The translations under genes were made by a program, and so were the position numbers. From Eremomyces bilateralis CBS 781.70 (taxonomy: Eukaryota): DNA of 64,000 nt. Location of the stretch: NCBI GenBank assembly GCA_010015585.1, contig ML975151.1; one strand, written 5' to 3'. Positions 49,384 to 61,324 of this stretch are shown here, piece after piece (positions within the stretch are counted from its first letter, which is position 1; each line of letters opens with the position of its first letter). Below the pieces are notes generated by a model that had not been told where the DNA came from, made no database searches, and saw only the letters and a list, made by a program, of their open reading frames with translations.

Positions 49384-50208
49384 TTATGCACTCCTTACAA
49401 CATGGTCATCGGTGTATTCCTCCTCCCGAATTCCATCTCTGGTGATAATCTTTACGGCAATCTGGTCAATCGCGTTAGTTCGGCGACGTCCTCATCGTCG
49501 TGCTGGATTAGCTTACCCCTTTGAAGTCAACTGGCAATCGTCGTCTTAGCTCATCTGTGCACATCCGGAGGATCTTCATTCCCGTCTCTAGGTCGATATC
49601 GGGATGGTGGTGCTTGTCGAGAATGGAGAGGCAGTAGTACCTAGAATCCGTTAGCTCCTGTAGATGCATCCCAACACCTTGACACATACTGAGCATATCC
49701 GTGCGCCGCATACGGCAGGGGAACACATGATGCAAGGTAGTCGATCCAGTATAGACTCGGCTTCTCAGTAATCGAATCGAAGCCGCCCAAGAGTAGGTTC
49801 ACAGTATACGGTCTTCGACTCCGTAATGATCTCGCCAGTTCCCCTCGGACAAAGCTCGCCACTGCCGGCGGACCGAGATGTGTATCGTTTCGCATGGAAT
49901 ATAGCTGGATGTTGGCCTGGATGTACTCCGCGAATTGGACTGAACCGTATGGTCAGCCTCCGTCCACCATAGCTGTGCAACTTGACTACATACCCGTATC
50001 TCCCGCTTCTCCTGAAAAGGCCATGAGCGTCTGCTTATTCAACTCCCGTGTCTTGTCATCGGTGGCTTTGAGGATGGTGGCTCCACGCATCGCAGCCTTC
50101 GATGAGGCCATGATGGTGAAGTCCTTCCCGGTGATTCCAAGTAAGACCTCCCTGACTTCGCGTTAGCTCTATTCCGATGGCAAGATACATTGCGAGAGAT
50201 CCTTACAT
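49384..50208 (-). CDS. PRE1: 20S proteasome subunit beta-4
   Basis: MEVLLGITGKDF, FSGEAGDT|VQFAEYIQANIQLY, RSRRPYTVNLLLGG and YAAHGYAQ|YY. Confidence 0.96.
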
Positions 50209-50535
50209 GTTTGCAGATGTATTTGAAGGGGCGTTTGAGGATATAAGTAGAAGAAGTGAACGGGAATAGCACCAGCAGTTGGAGTTGAGTGTTGAATGGA
50301 GACGCGGAAGCTCCAGGTGCCTGGCTGAGCTCGGACCAACGACGCACTCCCAGTTGGAGTCTGTTGGACCCACTCTGAAATTTTCCAGATTGTAGATTTC
50401 GAAATGGAGGGAAAGGTTGGAATATAATTCAATTTCACTCCACACTTCATTTTCTATGCATGTACAGTAAGGTGCGACGGGCCACGTTCTTATTGAAGCC
50501 CAGTCTATAATTAAGAGCTTGGATCAGACGGAGAA

Positions 50536-53500
50536 ATGTCTCAAAAGGCCACCCTCAAGACCACGTTCGACCGCACCCAGGTCATCCAGCCCTTCTATAC
50601 CGGGGCGGGTGTTGCGCTGAGCCAGGATGGCCGAGTCCTTGCGACTTGCGTTGGGGAGGATGTCCTGCTCACCGATATGCGATCCGGGCAAGTTCTATCA
50701 CGGATAGAAGGCGTAAGTGCTCAAGATAGCAGCTCTCGTCATCCGGTTCTGACATGTTGACTGGTAGTAGGATGGTGAAATAGTTACGAGTCTCTCCTGT
50801 ACGGCCATACGTTTGTTCCGATCTCGATTCACGGTTCTAACAAGCCCTAGTAACCCCCTCCGCAAGCCATGTCATCGCCTGTTCCCGCTCCTTGTCGATG
50901 CGGATATACGCGATCGATGCGCCATCAGAAGATGCGACGGTCGAAGCAACCTTGCTCCGCACATTGAAGCCGCACTCGGCTCCGGTCATCGTCTGCGCTG
51001 TAGATAAGACCGGTACACTCCTTGCAACGGGGGGCGCAGATGGCGTCGTCAAAGTTTGGGACATCCGCGGCGGGTATGTCACGCACACTTTTCACGGGCA
51101 CAGCGGGATCATATCTGCGTTATTGTTCTTCGAGGTGGACCCGTCGACGCATCCCGAAACTAGCAAGAATACTGCCGGCCGGAAGCGGAAAGCGAACAGA
51201 AATGAAGTTGAGCAGGCCGAGGAGAACAACACCGCGGGCTTTCGACTGGCCTCGGGCGGTGAGGACGGAAAGGTGCGCGTATGGAATCTCCTCAAGCGGT
51301 CCACCGTCGCCATCCTGGATTCCCATGTCTCGGTAGTCCGAGGGCTTGACTACTGCCCCGAGGAAAATGCTTTAGTTTCCGCCAGTCGCGACCAGACAGC
51401 CATAATTTGGGATACTCAGACGTGGAAGACCAGAAACACCATACCAGTGCTCGAAGCCGTCGAAAGCTGTGGCTTTTTGCAGGGCGGGTCTGTGATCTTT
51501 ACGGCGGGCGAGAGAGGCTGCGTCCGATTATGGTCGGCGACGAAAGGAGAAGAAGTCACCGCCGAGCAGGACGAAGGTACAGAGACGGAAGCCATCCTCT
51601 CGGTCCTTTCGTCTGACCAGCTTCCCTTCCTCCTATCCGTCCATGCGGATCAGACTTTGGTGATGCACTCCTTAAGTCCGCTTACCGAAGACGGCTTAAA
51701 ACTGCCCATACCTCCATTACCTATATTGCGCCGCATATCCGGAACACATGACGAGGTCATTGATCTTGCGCTCATAGGTCAACATGGAAAGTATCTAGCA
51801 CTGGCCACAAACACCGAAGAGGTTCGCATCGTTTCCCTTGAAAGTCGGCAGGATACAGAGTCCTCAAATGACTCGTTCACTGGGGCATACTTTGGTTCGG
51901 ATATTGCACAGCTGAAGGCCCACGAGGACATTGTCATTACAATCGATGTTGATCCATCAGGACATTGGCTTGCCACCGGTTCGAAGGATAACACGGCCAG
52001 AATATGGAGGATGGATCCAGAGAACAACTCCTATGGCTGCCACGCTGTGTTCACTGGGCACGCCGGTGCTTTGGGTGGTATAGCAATGTCGCATTCCGAT
52101 CCCGAAACCGACGATCCTTTGTCCCGACCGCCACGCTGGTTGGTGACTGGCAGCCAGGACCGAACAGTCAAACGGTGGGAAGTCCCTCCTTACGTGCCCG
52201 GCAGAACGAATACGCCAGGGAAGGCTAAGTACACACGGAAGGCACATGACAAGGAGATCAACGCTCTCGACGCCTCATACCACCCCCGGGACCCCGTCTT
52301 CGCTTCCGCATCGCAGGACAAGACGGTGAAGATTTGGGATGTCGAGAGCGGTGAAACCCTCGGTGTCCTGCGCGGGCACTCGCGCGGTGTGTGGGCAGTG
52401 CGGTTCAGCCCCCTGGATCCTTCGATATCCATCCAAGGCGCGCAGCACCAGGGGACTGCGAAAGGGAAGGGATGGGTGGCCACCGGCGGTGGAGACCGGA
52501 CCGTACGGATTTGGAGTTTGGTCGACTATAGCTGCGTCGCGACGCTCGAAGGGCACTCGAACAGTGTGTTGAAGGTGGTGTGGCTGCCATCGCCCTCGAT
52601 GGCCGTAGATTCGTCCGCGAACAATGACGACGAGATGGACGTAGACGGCGGATCCGCCAAACCGCAGAAATCCACCGACAAACGAACACTCGTAGCGTCA
52701 GCGGCCGCGGATGGCCTTGTCAAGGTCTGGGACCTCTCGATCGGCGAATGCGCCACCACGTTGGACGGCCACGAGGACCGCGTCTGGGGCCTGGCCGTGA
52801 TCGATCCCGCCAAGAACGCGGGGACATACTCCGAGTATAATCCGCTCTTCTCCACGCGCACGCTGATCTCCGGTGGCGCTGACGCAGTGCTCAATTTCTG
52901 GAGCGATACGTCGGCGTCCACGGCGTCCGCCGCTGCGGAGCGCGAGGAGCGGATCATCGAGGAAGATCAGGAGTTGTCGAACCTGCGGTATGCCGGGAAG
53001 TTGCGCGAGGCCGTCGGGTTAGCTATTGCCATGGAACGACCCAGCACGCTGTTGAGCCTGTTCACCGAGGTTCTGCAAAAGAGCGCCGAAGCACACAATC
53101 CACACGAAGACGGTGAAACCATGGATGTCGACGTCAGTTCGACCACCGTCTCCCACCACCAGCGTCGACGAGTCCGAAAGATCGGCACCGACACCGACAA
53201 CGAAACCCTCAACGCCATCGTAAACGCCCTCAGCGACTCGCAAATCTTCGCTCTCCTCCTCTGGCTCCGCGACTGGAACGCCAGCGCCAAGAACTCCGGC
53301 ACCGCGCAGCGGGTGCTCTATGCGATCGTGCGCAACGTGCCAGCGGAGCGGATGGCGAAGCTGCATGGAGGGACGGTCACGGACGGGGGGCCGGAGGGGA
53401 AGCGGTTCCGGAAGGGGAAGGCGGAGTTGAAGGACGTGGTTGCGGCGCTGGCGGCGTATACGGAGCGGCATATACAGAGGGTGGATGAGTTGCAGGAGGA

Positions 53501-53555
53501 GAGCTATTTGGTAGATTTCACGTTGGGGGAGATGGATGACGTTGGGGGGGGTTGA
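50536..53555 (+). CDS. UTP13: U3 snoRNP WD40 protein Utp13
   Basis: LKTTF..IQPFYTG, ATGGADG..KVWD, AHDKEINA, many WD repeats and Utp13 tail (LRDWN, YTERH). Confidence 0.95.
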
Positions 53556-54076
53556 TGGCGGGATAGAGTGCTACTTGTATAAAGCTCTGAGTGAGGAACT
53601 AATCGAAGCCTACTGGTCATGGATTGTGTTTACATTGCGTTCTTATCGTCATACTCCGTCTGAGTTCGCCAGTCGTCGACTCTTTTGAGCTTGAACCCAT
53701 GGGACCGCTTTCTTCTCCGCTTCCCCGGCGGACTCGTTAATGAGGGCCGTTTATGGAATATGCACTGTTAGATCTGTCCTTGCTTATATTGCCCCGAGAT
53801 CACTCAGTGAAAACATTTTCGTGTCTTGTCTACCCTACCGTTGCGATTACATTTTCAATATCGAGTCCAACTCTCAATCAATTGTTTGCCAGAATTGCCA
53901 ATGAAGACTTTGATTTCTTTCTGCCTATTCTCATGTCAATCTAGAGTTTAGTTTCCATTTTCCAACTGCTGGGACAGCCTCATGCCTGCAATTCATCATA
54001 GTCTTTGTCCAGCAAGCTAGTTCAAATCGGTCTGTTCATGTCAGTGCTGCGAGTGCTGGGAGTCAAATACCGACTT

Positions 54077-54640
54077 CTAATCAATCGTATTGATCTGCAA
54101 ACCTGCACATTCTCCCCATCGGCAGGATTGTAAATTGTATGTCTGGTCCTTCAGCACAACTCCCCAATCGTTCGCGTCCACTTTCCCAATCTTACGTATC
54201 AACGCCGCTTCACCTGGGACAGCCGGGTTTAAACACCGCTGCCAGTCCAAGCAGAAGACAATGCAACTGGCGCATCGCAAGTTCTTGTGCCCGCACTCGC
54301 ACGGCTCGAAAGCTATTAGACTCTTGGGGCCTTCGCGCCCTTTGTTAGACCGACCACACCTGTGGCACACGAAGCCATGTGTAACGAGGTCAGGGCGACC
54401 ATTTACCACGGAGTAAGTACCGAACTTCACCTTGCAGATAGCCCAAGAATCTATCTTGCAGTCGAGGCAAAGGGCGCGGTCGCACGCTTGGCAGCGAAGG
54501 GTGCCGAGCGGTCTCGACGGAGTCGGCTTGCGGGAGTCGAGAGTTTCGCTGTCCGGTGTAGGGAACGGGGTTTGCTCACCGCAGTGACGGCAGATCCAGT
54601 GGGAGGCGTCCAGCAACTTGTTAAAGGTTTGACAATACAT
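54077..54640 (-). CDS. Small Cys-rich protein with multiple CxxC pairs (double zinc-ribbon-like)
   Basis: Single 187-aa ORF with WICRHCG, CQAC..CLDC, CHRCG and CECG..CASC; TATA-like sequences upstream. Confidence 0.7.
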   Translation of the reverse strand: MYCQTFNKLLDASHWICRHCGEQTPFPTPDSETLDSRKPTPSRPLGTLRCQACDRALCLDCKIDSWAICKVKFGTYSVVNGRPDLVTHGFVCHRCGRSNKGREGPKSLIAFEPCECGHKNLRCASCIVFCLDWQRCLNPAVPGEAALIRKIGKVDANDWGVVLKDQTYNLQSCRWGECAGLQINTID

Positions 54641-56466
54641 ATTTAACTGGTGGTTATATAAGGTTGGTTGAGGTTGTTTCTGATGGAAGATTGGAACCTT
54701 GGAGTCGGCAGGCGCTTTATATAACCGTTTGGCCTATATATATAGCATCAAAGAAATATATGAATAGGATACACATTGTTCCTATGGTGGGTTGACAATG
54801 TCGATACCTTTTGTCCACCAAGTTTCTATATTGAGGTTCTGGGTCCAGAACAAAGAATATCGACTGAAAACAAAGATTTCAGGGAAATAAGAACCGTTCT
54901 ACAAATTCATTGCATTCCAGGTGTTTTACATCCATTGAACACGTGGGATCCTAGGTATTTTGAAGATTCAGGTTCATTCTCACGAAACTCGATTCCGACA
55001 GGACAACTTCCGCCACCATTCACCTTCGCAAGTTCCCGGAAATTCAGCATTGGCGACAATTTTCGTCGCACAAATCCTATCTATCATTGCCATTTACCGT
55101 TTGCTTCGCTAAATGGACTCCCTAGAGAGGGTTGATCACCTTGATCGCCTGTTCCAAGCCGGATCTCTGCGACCAGCTAAAAGGGGGAAGAGGGACTAAG
55201 GTGGCAAGCCAAGCGCTGCAATTAATGCGTATAGTAAGAAATCATAGTAGGCGATTAAAGGTCTATGACTTTGTTTGATAGTTCATGATCTCGCTCATGT
55301 TCATCTGAAGCACCAGATTCATATGGTGCTCGCATTCAGTGCGACGCCCAACTATACAGACCCAATACAAGAATATACAATTCGACATAAGGTAATAAAT
55401 CAAGTGATGACCGTGACGTTCATGTTTTCCAAACTGAATTATGTTTAAAATAGATAAGATACATCTTCCGACTCTAGGCGCTGTGGATTACGTCTAACAA
55501 TGGCGCTTTAGGGGCACAATTATTGTATCAGTCGCATCAGTGTCGAAAGAACCTGGCCATGGAAAAGAATAGTGTCAAGGGAGTCTGACAATTTCTACTG
55601 GTTTATAATTGCATTTAAACGCCGATATTCTGTTTCAAGATATCATATTTCCCTTAGACTGTAAGCTACTCTCCCTTTTCGGCTAGAAACACCTTCGTTG
55701 TTATTAATTACTTCGTATATTTGGTTGACGCTGAGCAACTCGACGAGCCGCAGTCGGCGACCTTAATGAACAAGCCGCCCTGATTAGACGGCTTAAGGGT
55801 ACACATCGTGATAATGCTGATATTAGCTTGGAGTTGCTTGATGCTGTTCATTCAGGCGAACCACGGTCAGCTACGTTGACTAGTTCATGGTTCTCGAGAT
55901 GTGTGTTAACACTAAATACGGACATTTTAATTAATACGCTCTTCAGACCGGTAGTCCCTGTGTGTAGGTGTTACTGCAGGAGGTGCTGTCGCGAAGATAG
56001 TGGTTGATAGATTCAAGGATAATGCAATTGAAGTCGTTTGAACCTTGGGCGGTAGCTACCTTTTTATACTGGCAGCAATTAGACCTGGTGAGTCAATATG
56101 ATTTAAAAGTTCACGAGTCCTAGGCAAATTGATAGCGTGTTTGAGCCCATAATGACTAATGCGGCAGCAAGATACCAACGCACTGTTTTAACCAGCAATA
56201 TCCCTTCACAAGACCCTGTCAGTCGTAAAGCTTGTCTGATATCCACCGTTGCCACCGATCATAAACAATGCAAGTCTAATAGAATCGATTTCCATTTCCT
56301 AGGCATATCATGCGATATGCCCAACGCCAAACACTCTTTAGCAACGGCTATGCCGTCGTGCTCAATATCAAATCCAAGCCAACTCCCACTTCCACAAGGA
56401 AGACGCCTCCTATATGCAAATATGCCAAGTCATTGAATCATCACGCGGGCACAGCCCTATTCTCCT

Positions 56467-58671
56467 TTACCACACAATACCCCTCCAGTCCGGGATTCCT
56501 GCATCAACGTTCCTCCAAACGTGTCCGTCCCAGCCGAGTCCCTCCTTGCCAAGCATGCCCTCCCAACCGACCATGACACCGAGGAGCCTGCATCCTGCAG
56601 AGCTGACCGCGCAGACCACCGCGTCGCACTTGCTGAGAATGCTGAGATCAAGCAGGTAGCTCCTGGCGAGCATCTCTCGCAGCTGCAATGTCTCCTGGCT
56701 CGGTGGGATGTAGTCCGAAATCCCGGCGTTTGATAGACTGGAGCCGGGCGAGTTGACGTCTGAATGGCCACCATTGTTGGAAGCCAACTTTGAAGGGTCG
56801 TCTTCATGTTGCGGTGGCTCCACCGGCTTTACCTTCGGTGGTATTGGCTTTAACTTCTGATTCGATGGCGGCCGTTGGCGGTTTGGCCGAGGGCCTCCAA
56901 CGGTACTCTGTTTACTTTTGTGGTCATGACCGAGCGACCAGAACACATCGGCGTAGAACCCTCCTTCCCAACCCAGCATATCGTCGACCCAACGCTTGAT
57001 TGGAGTCGCAGGCTTGCCACGATTTGCTGCAGCCGCTTCAGCAGCCGCCTTTGCTCGGGCGGCTTCCATCTGAATCTTTGAGCCAAGAATAATCCGGTCT
57101 TGCGCACGTGTTGCGCGTGACACCTCTGGCTCGAAGAAAATGTCCGGATCGTCCGAGGCAAGAATCAACTTGCTTTCCGACAAGCCAGGAGCGCCATGCC
57201 GTTTACCGTGCGTCGCTCGAAAGACAGCCTTTGCGAACGGGGAACGGGATTTTCGGTTCTTCGAGCGCTGTGAGTGGGGGGTAATCATGCCCAGACCAGT
57301 GGCGTCTTCCGCTCCGTCCTCGAACAGCTGGTATAGAACCTCCCTTCCCTCGTCCGTATATCTCGTCAAAGGTAAGTAATCGTCTCGGTACTGTGACTCG
57401 TACGGATGTCGGTCGCCTCTTCGGATATGCATTCCTACAGCCATGCCGCCCTCTTTTCTTGTCTGGTCGACGAGCTGCTTTACCCGCTGGTCTGCATATT
57501 TCTGGTCTCCTTCATCGGCAAGTTTGAAAAGCGCCTCATACCCTCTTCGGGCAAGCGCAAAAATGTTCTTTTGTCGCGCTGTCCCCATTCCTTTCGGATC
57601 CTCAAACGCTTCAATAAAGTGATGGCCAAAAGCGAAGGAATGCGTGGCAGAAGAAATGACTTTGTGGCGAGCGGAGTACGGGCAAGGAAGTCGATGGTGT
57701 GACGGCGGTGGAAGGCAAGATGGCGGCGGGGGATCCTGGAAGTAGGTCGTATAATTTCCATACGCCCACCTGGTGTCATCTACGAAGAAAGCTCTCTTTT
57801 CCTTCTCCGCAAGACCATATGCCATCCAGAGGCCCATGAGTGCCTTGCCAAACCCGGCATCGGTGCTCTCCAGGACGTATGTAAGGCTCCGCTTGCACAC
57901 TTTCAAATTCTCCGAACCTTCATCTTCGACCAAAGCTTCCTGAGCCTCCCCCACCTGTGGTAGCAGTCCCTCTCTTTCAGCTTCATCGATATCTATGAAG
58001 AATTTGTCCGTTTGATAGTACCCGTGTCTCTTTTTTCGAAGCTTCATCATACCAGTAAGGCCTCGCTCGGGTTTGTCAGGCTGTCCCGGCTCGTGATCCA
58101 CTCTGCCCTTCGCGACCCTCGATAGGTGATGCGGCATGTCATGCGCCTGCTCGCACAATTCATGATACCAGTTTTGCTCCAAGGGAAAATCGTACTGCTC
58201 AGGGATACTAATTGTCCAACTCGGTCTCCCAGCCTTGTCATGAACTATGAGAGCTGTAGGATAGTCCGGAGGTGCATCCTCCCCAACAATCTCATAGCCT
58301 GCTTCTCCCGGCCGAGGTCTTGGTGGCCGTAGTTGTGGTAATGTATTCGATCCTTGGGGGGGAGATTGGGAGAAGAGTCTCGGACCATATGCGAGGATGT
58401 GAAGCGCACCCCATAGAACGAGTATGATTCCGAGGAGTGGAAATAGAAGCTTCCATACTAGTCTGCTAGATCGAAGCGGTGTTCTTTTGCCGTGCCTTGG
58501 GATTAGAGATGGTAAGCTCGGAGAACTAGGCGTTCTGGGGGAGAGAAGAGGTCGGTTCAATGGGACGCCAAGTCGTGGGGATAGTGAGGATGTAGATGAT
58601 ATGGAAAGATGTGTCGGCTTTCGAGAATGCATGTCGGATCGTGGAGAGCGCGGATGTGAAGAAATAATCAT
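56467..58671 (-). CDS. Type II membrane protein with alpha-1,6-fucosyltransferase (FUT8/NodZ, GT23)-like motifs
   Basis: Single TM; GFG...AYG...RAFFVDDTRWAY, VGMHIRRGD, LILASDDP and DLSILSKCDAVVCAVSSAGCR. Confidence 0.75.
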   Translation of the reverse strand: MIISSHPRSPRSDMHSRKPTHLSISSTSSLSPRLGVPLNRPLLSPRTPSSPSLPSLIPRHGKRTPLRSSRLVWKLLFPLLGIILVLWGALHILAYGPRLFSQSPPQGSNTLPQLRPPRPRPGEAGYEIVGEDAPPDYPTALIVHDKAGRPSWTISIPEQYDFPLEQNWYHELCEQAHDMPHHLSRVAKGRVDHEPGQPDKPERGLTGMMKLRKKRHGYYQTDKFFIDIDEAEREGLLPQVGEAQEALVEDEGSENLKVCKRSLTYVLESTDAGFGKALMGLWMAYGLAEKEKRAFFVDDTRWAYGNYTTYFQDPPPPSCLPPPSHHRLPCPYSARHKVISSATHSFAFGHHFIEAFEDPKGMGTARQKNIFALARRGYEALFKLADEGDQKYADQRVKQLVDQTRKEGGMAVGMHIRRGDRHPYESQYRDDYLPLTRYTDEGREVLYQLFEDGAEDATGLGMITPHSQRSKNRKSRSPFAKAVFRATHGKRHGAPGLSESKLILASDDPDIFFEPEVSRATRAQDRIILGSKIQMEAARAKAAAEAAAANRGKPATPIKRWVDDMLGWEGGFYADVFWSLGHDHKSKQSTVGGPRPNRQRPPSNQKLKPIPPKVKPVEPPQHEDDPSKLASNNGGHSDVNSPGSSLSNAGISDYIPPSQETLQLREMLARSYLLDLSILSKCDAVVCAVSSAGCRLLGVMVGWEGMLGKEGLGWDGHVWRNVDAGIPDWRGIVW

Positions 58672-58694
58672 GGCGGATGACCTGGTGTCTCCGT

Positions 58695-58869
58695 CACCAG
58701 TCCAATGGTGAGTCTTAACTGGTAGACGCCACTTTCAAATGCAATAGAAATTATGAACGAATGTAGGGCTATAGCATTAGCACCAGTCCAATGGTGAGTC
58801 TTAACTGGTAGACGCCACTTTCAAATGCAATAGAAATTATGAACGAATGTAGGGCTATAGCATTAGCAC
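58695..58869. repeat. Perfect 86-bp tandem duplication
   Basis: CACCAGTCCAATGG...CTATAGCATTAG starts at 58695 and again at 58781, with CAC microhomology. Confidence 0.95.
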
Positions 58870-61324
58870 GAGTATACGAAAGCTCTCAATGAGGTGAAAT
58901 GGTGAAGGAAATGTCGACGGTGACGTTGTGCCGTTGCCCGGCCGTTGGAATTTGGCAAAAGGGATAGAAAAAGATAATGCGATCTAAGGAAGACCAGAAT
59001 GTAGATCGAGTTGATATGATGAGGATCGTCGAACCGTCCGATCAACGGCCTATCAAACGCCCCACAGGGTCCTGTTACAGGCCGAAACACGGAAACGGGA
59101 GGAGGGTCGACCCATACAGGGCAAACGGAGTACACCAGATTGAATGAGCAGGTTGGAGGACTCAGATAACGTTTCGACTCAGGATTGATCAAGAAGGTCT
59201 GACAAAGAAAGATGGCGGAGCGACATCACGAAGATGCGCTGGTTGCAGCGGAAAGCTAACTTGGATGGATGTGAAAAAAGAATCGCACTAGCAAGAGGCA
59301 GACCCGGCGTATATGCATTAAGATGTCCACAGGACAGGCAAATTATGCCGAGAAAGCAGGATATGGTCCGGGGTCCTTCCTGATCAGCTTCATTCCGAGA
59401 CGTTGTGAGATATTCCAGCATAATATGGGAGCACAGCAGCTTGCATCGTCGTATGAATGGATGGCTGCTGCTGCTCCCGCTGCCGCTCACCTTGAGACCA
59501 TTTATGTGCCCCTTTGATGATCTTGTCGATTACAAGGCTCGAATGACGACCACCATGTTGACCTTCTGTATTCAAAGAAGTTCGATGGGACCGGACTTGC
59601 GCCGGTCGGAACGATTGACGTGAGGGATGTCGTTCCGGGACAAGATGTGTGAGAAGGAGAGTCACTAGAGAGAGGGAGGGGATGTGGACAAGGGCTCTGA
59701 TACGCTTGGCCCGCCCACTTGAAACACGCCATGATGTCGTGCGACGTTTCCATTAAATACGTCCTCCGATACGGAGTACTCTCTGCACTCTGGTCTTTGG
59801 TCTACTATGTATGGGTTCTCGTCACTATTATGGTTTCCCAGCCAAATCTAGGAATCCGTCTAAACTCTAATTTCCAACCAGAATACAAGATAACAAAGGG
59901 GGGTGTGGCACGTGGGTCCTGGCAAATCACATGACCACTAATGTGTCACGTGAAATTGCCTTGAACGTCACCTAACTTGGGACAACCAGGCGGTTAAACT
60001 TGATCGTGCAACAATAGAGGACAAAGACGCCAAGTATAACATTGTACCCGGTTCGTATATTCATGAAAAGGTTGGCTACAAAGGATTGATTATTGTGAAA
60101 ATGAGACTCTTCGGCCATGTTGCTCCGCCACAACTCTGCCTTGTACACGTTGCAGTGCAGGTAGTAAAGTACGGCAGCGCAAGTCTCATTCATTGCGCCG
60201 ACTTCACTCTGAGTCATGAAAGAACGACTGGAATACTGGATGTCTGAGATGGTGAGTCCATTGTGTACAGTATCGACGCGACCAAGGAATTGTGTTTTCT
60301 TCTGGCACGTCAGGATAGTATGCTGTATGGTCAACTGAGTCTGGCATCCAGATTGCCCTCAGCTGTCAAAAGGTGTAGATCATGGTAGCTTGACAAGGGA
60401 TGAATGAGCAAGGATACTGATGCCTCAGCGATTGCGAATGGAGCCAAATCGATGAAATAAAGCGAGGTAGGAATTGTTGTTGCAGACAACAAGAAAGACC
60501 AGAAGCGGACGGGACATATGATACAGATACAGTACTGGTATTGGTATATCAGTAAGGGAGCAAGACACGAAACGAGCATTCAACTGCCCAACATTGAAGA
60601 CCCTATTCTAACCCCTTGATTGTGAGGTAATTTACCATATTACCTACCCACCTATTTCAATGCAATAAGGGATCCATTCCTTACATATCGCAATCACTCA
60701 GTTGGTAGACCAAGGTGTTGACACCTTCGTTCTTTCGTACATTTAGCGGCTCCTCATGCAGCAAACCCATGAACTTAATATACATGATAGTATCATATGC
60801 CGACCAGTGGACTCGTTGGATTGGAAAAGAGAAACAAAACAGAGCAAGTCTCGTACAGGATGCAGTGGGACTCCAAGCCCGGCTTGCGCCAGGCGTCTTC
60901 GTCGCGGAAACCATCCATGAAGAGAGACCCCCTATCCGATGCCCTGATGCCTTGTGAAGCTCGCTGAAAAGAAAGTGTAGACGAAAAAAGATCGATGCAA
61001 AGTGGGTATGGGTATGGTTTAACGACAGATGGAAGAATCCAAGAAAGGGTATCGGTGGAGAAGTAGAAAGAAAGAAAAAATAGAACGAAATAGAAAGCTC
61101 ATCGGGGACGCCAGTTCCGCAACATCTTGAATACCACATGACGCCATCAAATCAATTCGTTCTCTTCCTTCGAGCGGGCAGTTTGTCACTGCAGTCCTGT
61201 GAATCGCCCATGCAGACATAGAATGAAAGGCTCGTCGGGCGCGGAAAACTCGTAAAGCGCATTGCTTGGAAATCCATGACCGGATCTTCTCCACAGGAGT
61301 CAGAAAGAGGATGGGAAACTGAGA

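Noticed and set aside
55404..55590. Box C/D snoRNA candidate (GTGATGA...CTGA)
   Set aside because: No terminal stem, no recognisable rRNA antisense element, poor spacing.
59900..59975. Cluster of CACGTG-like E-boxes
   Set aside because: Short common motifs with no assignable target without conservation data.
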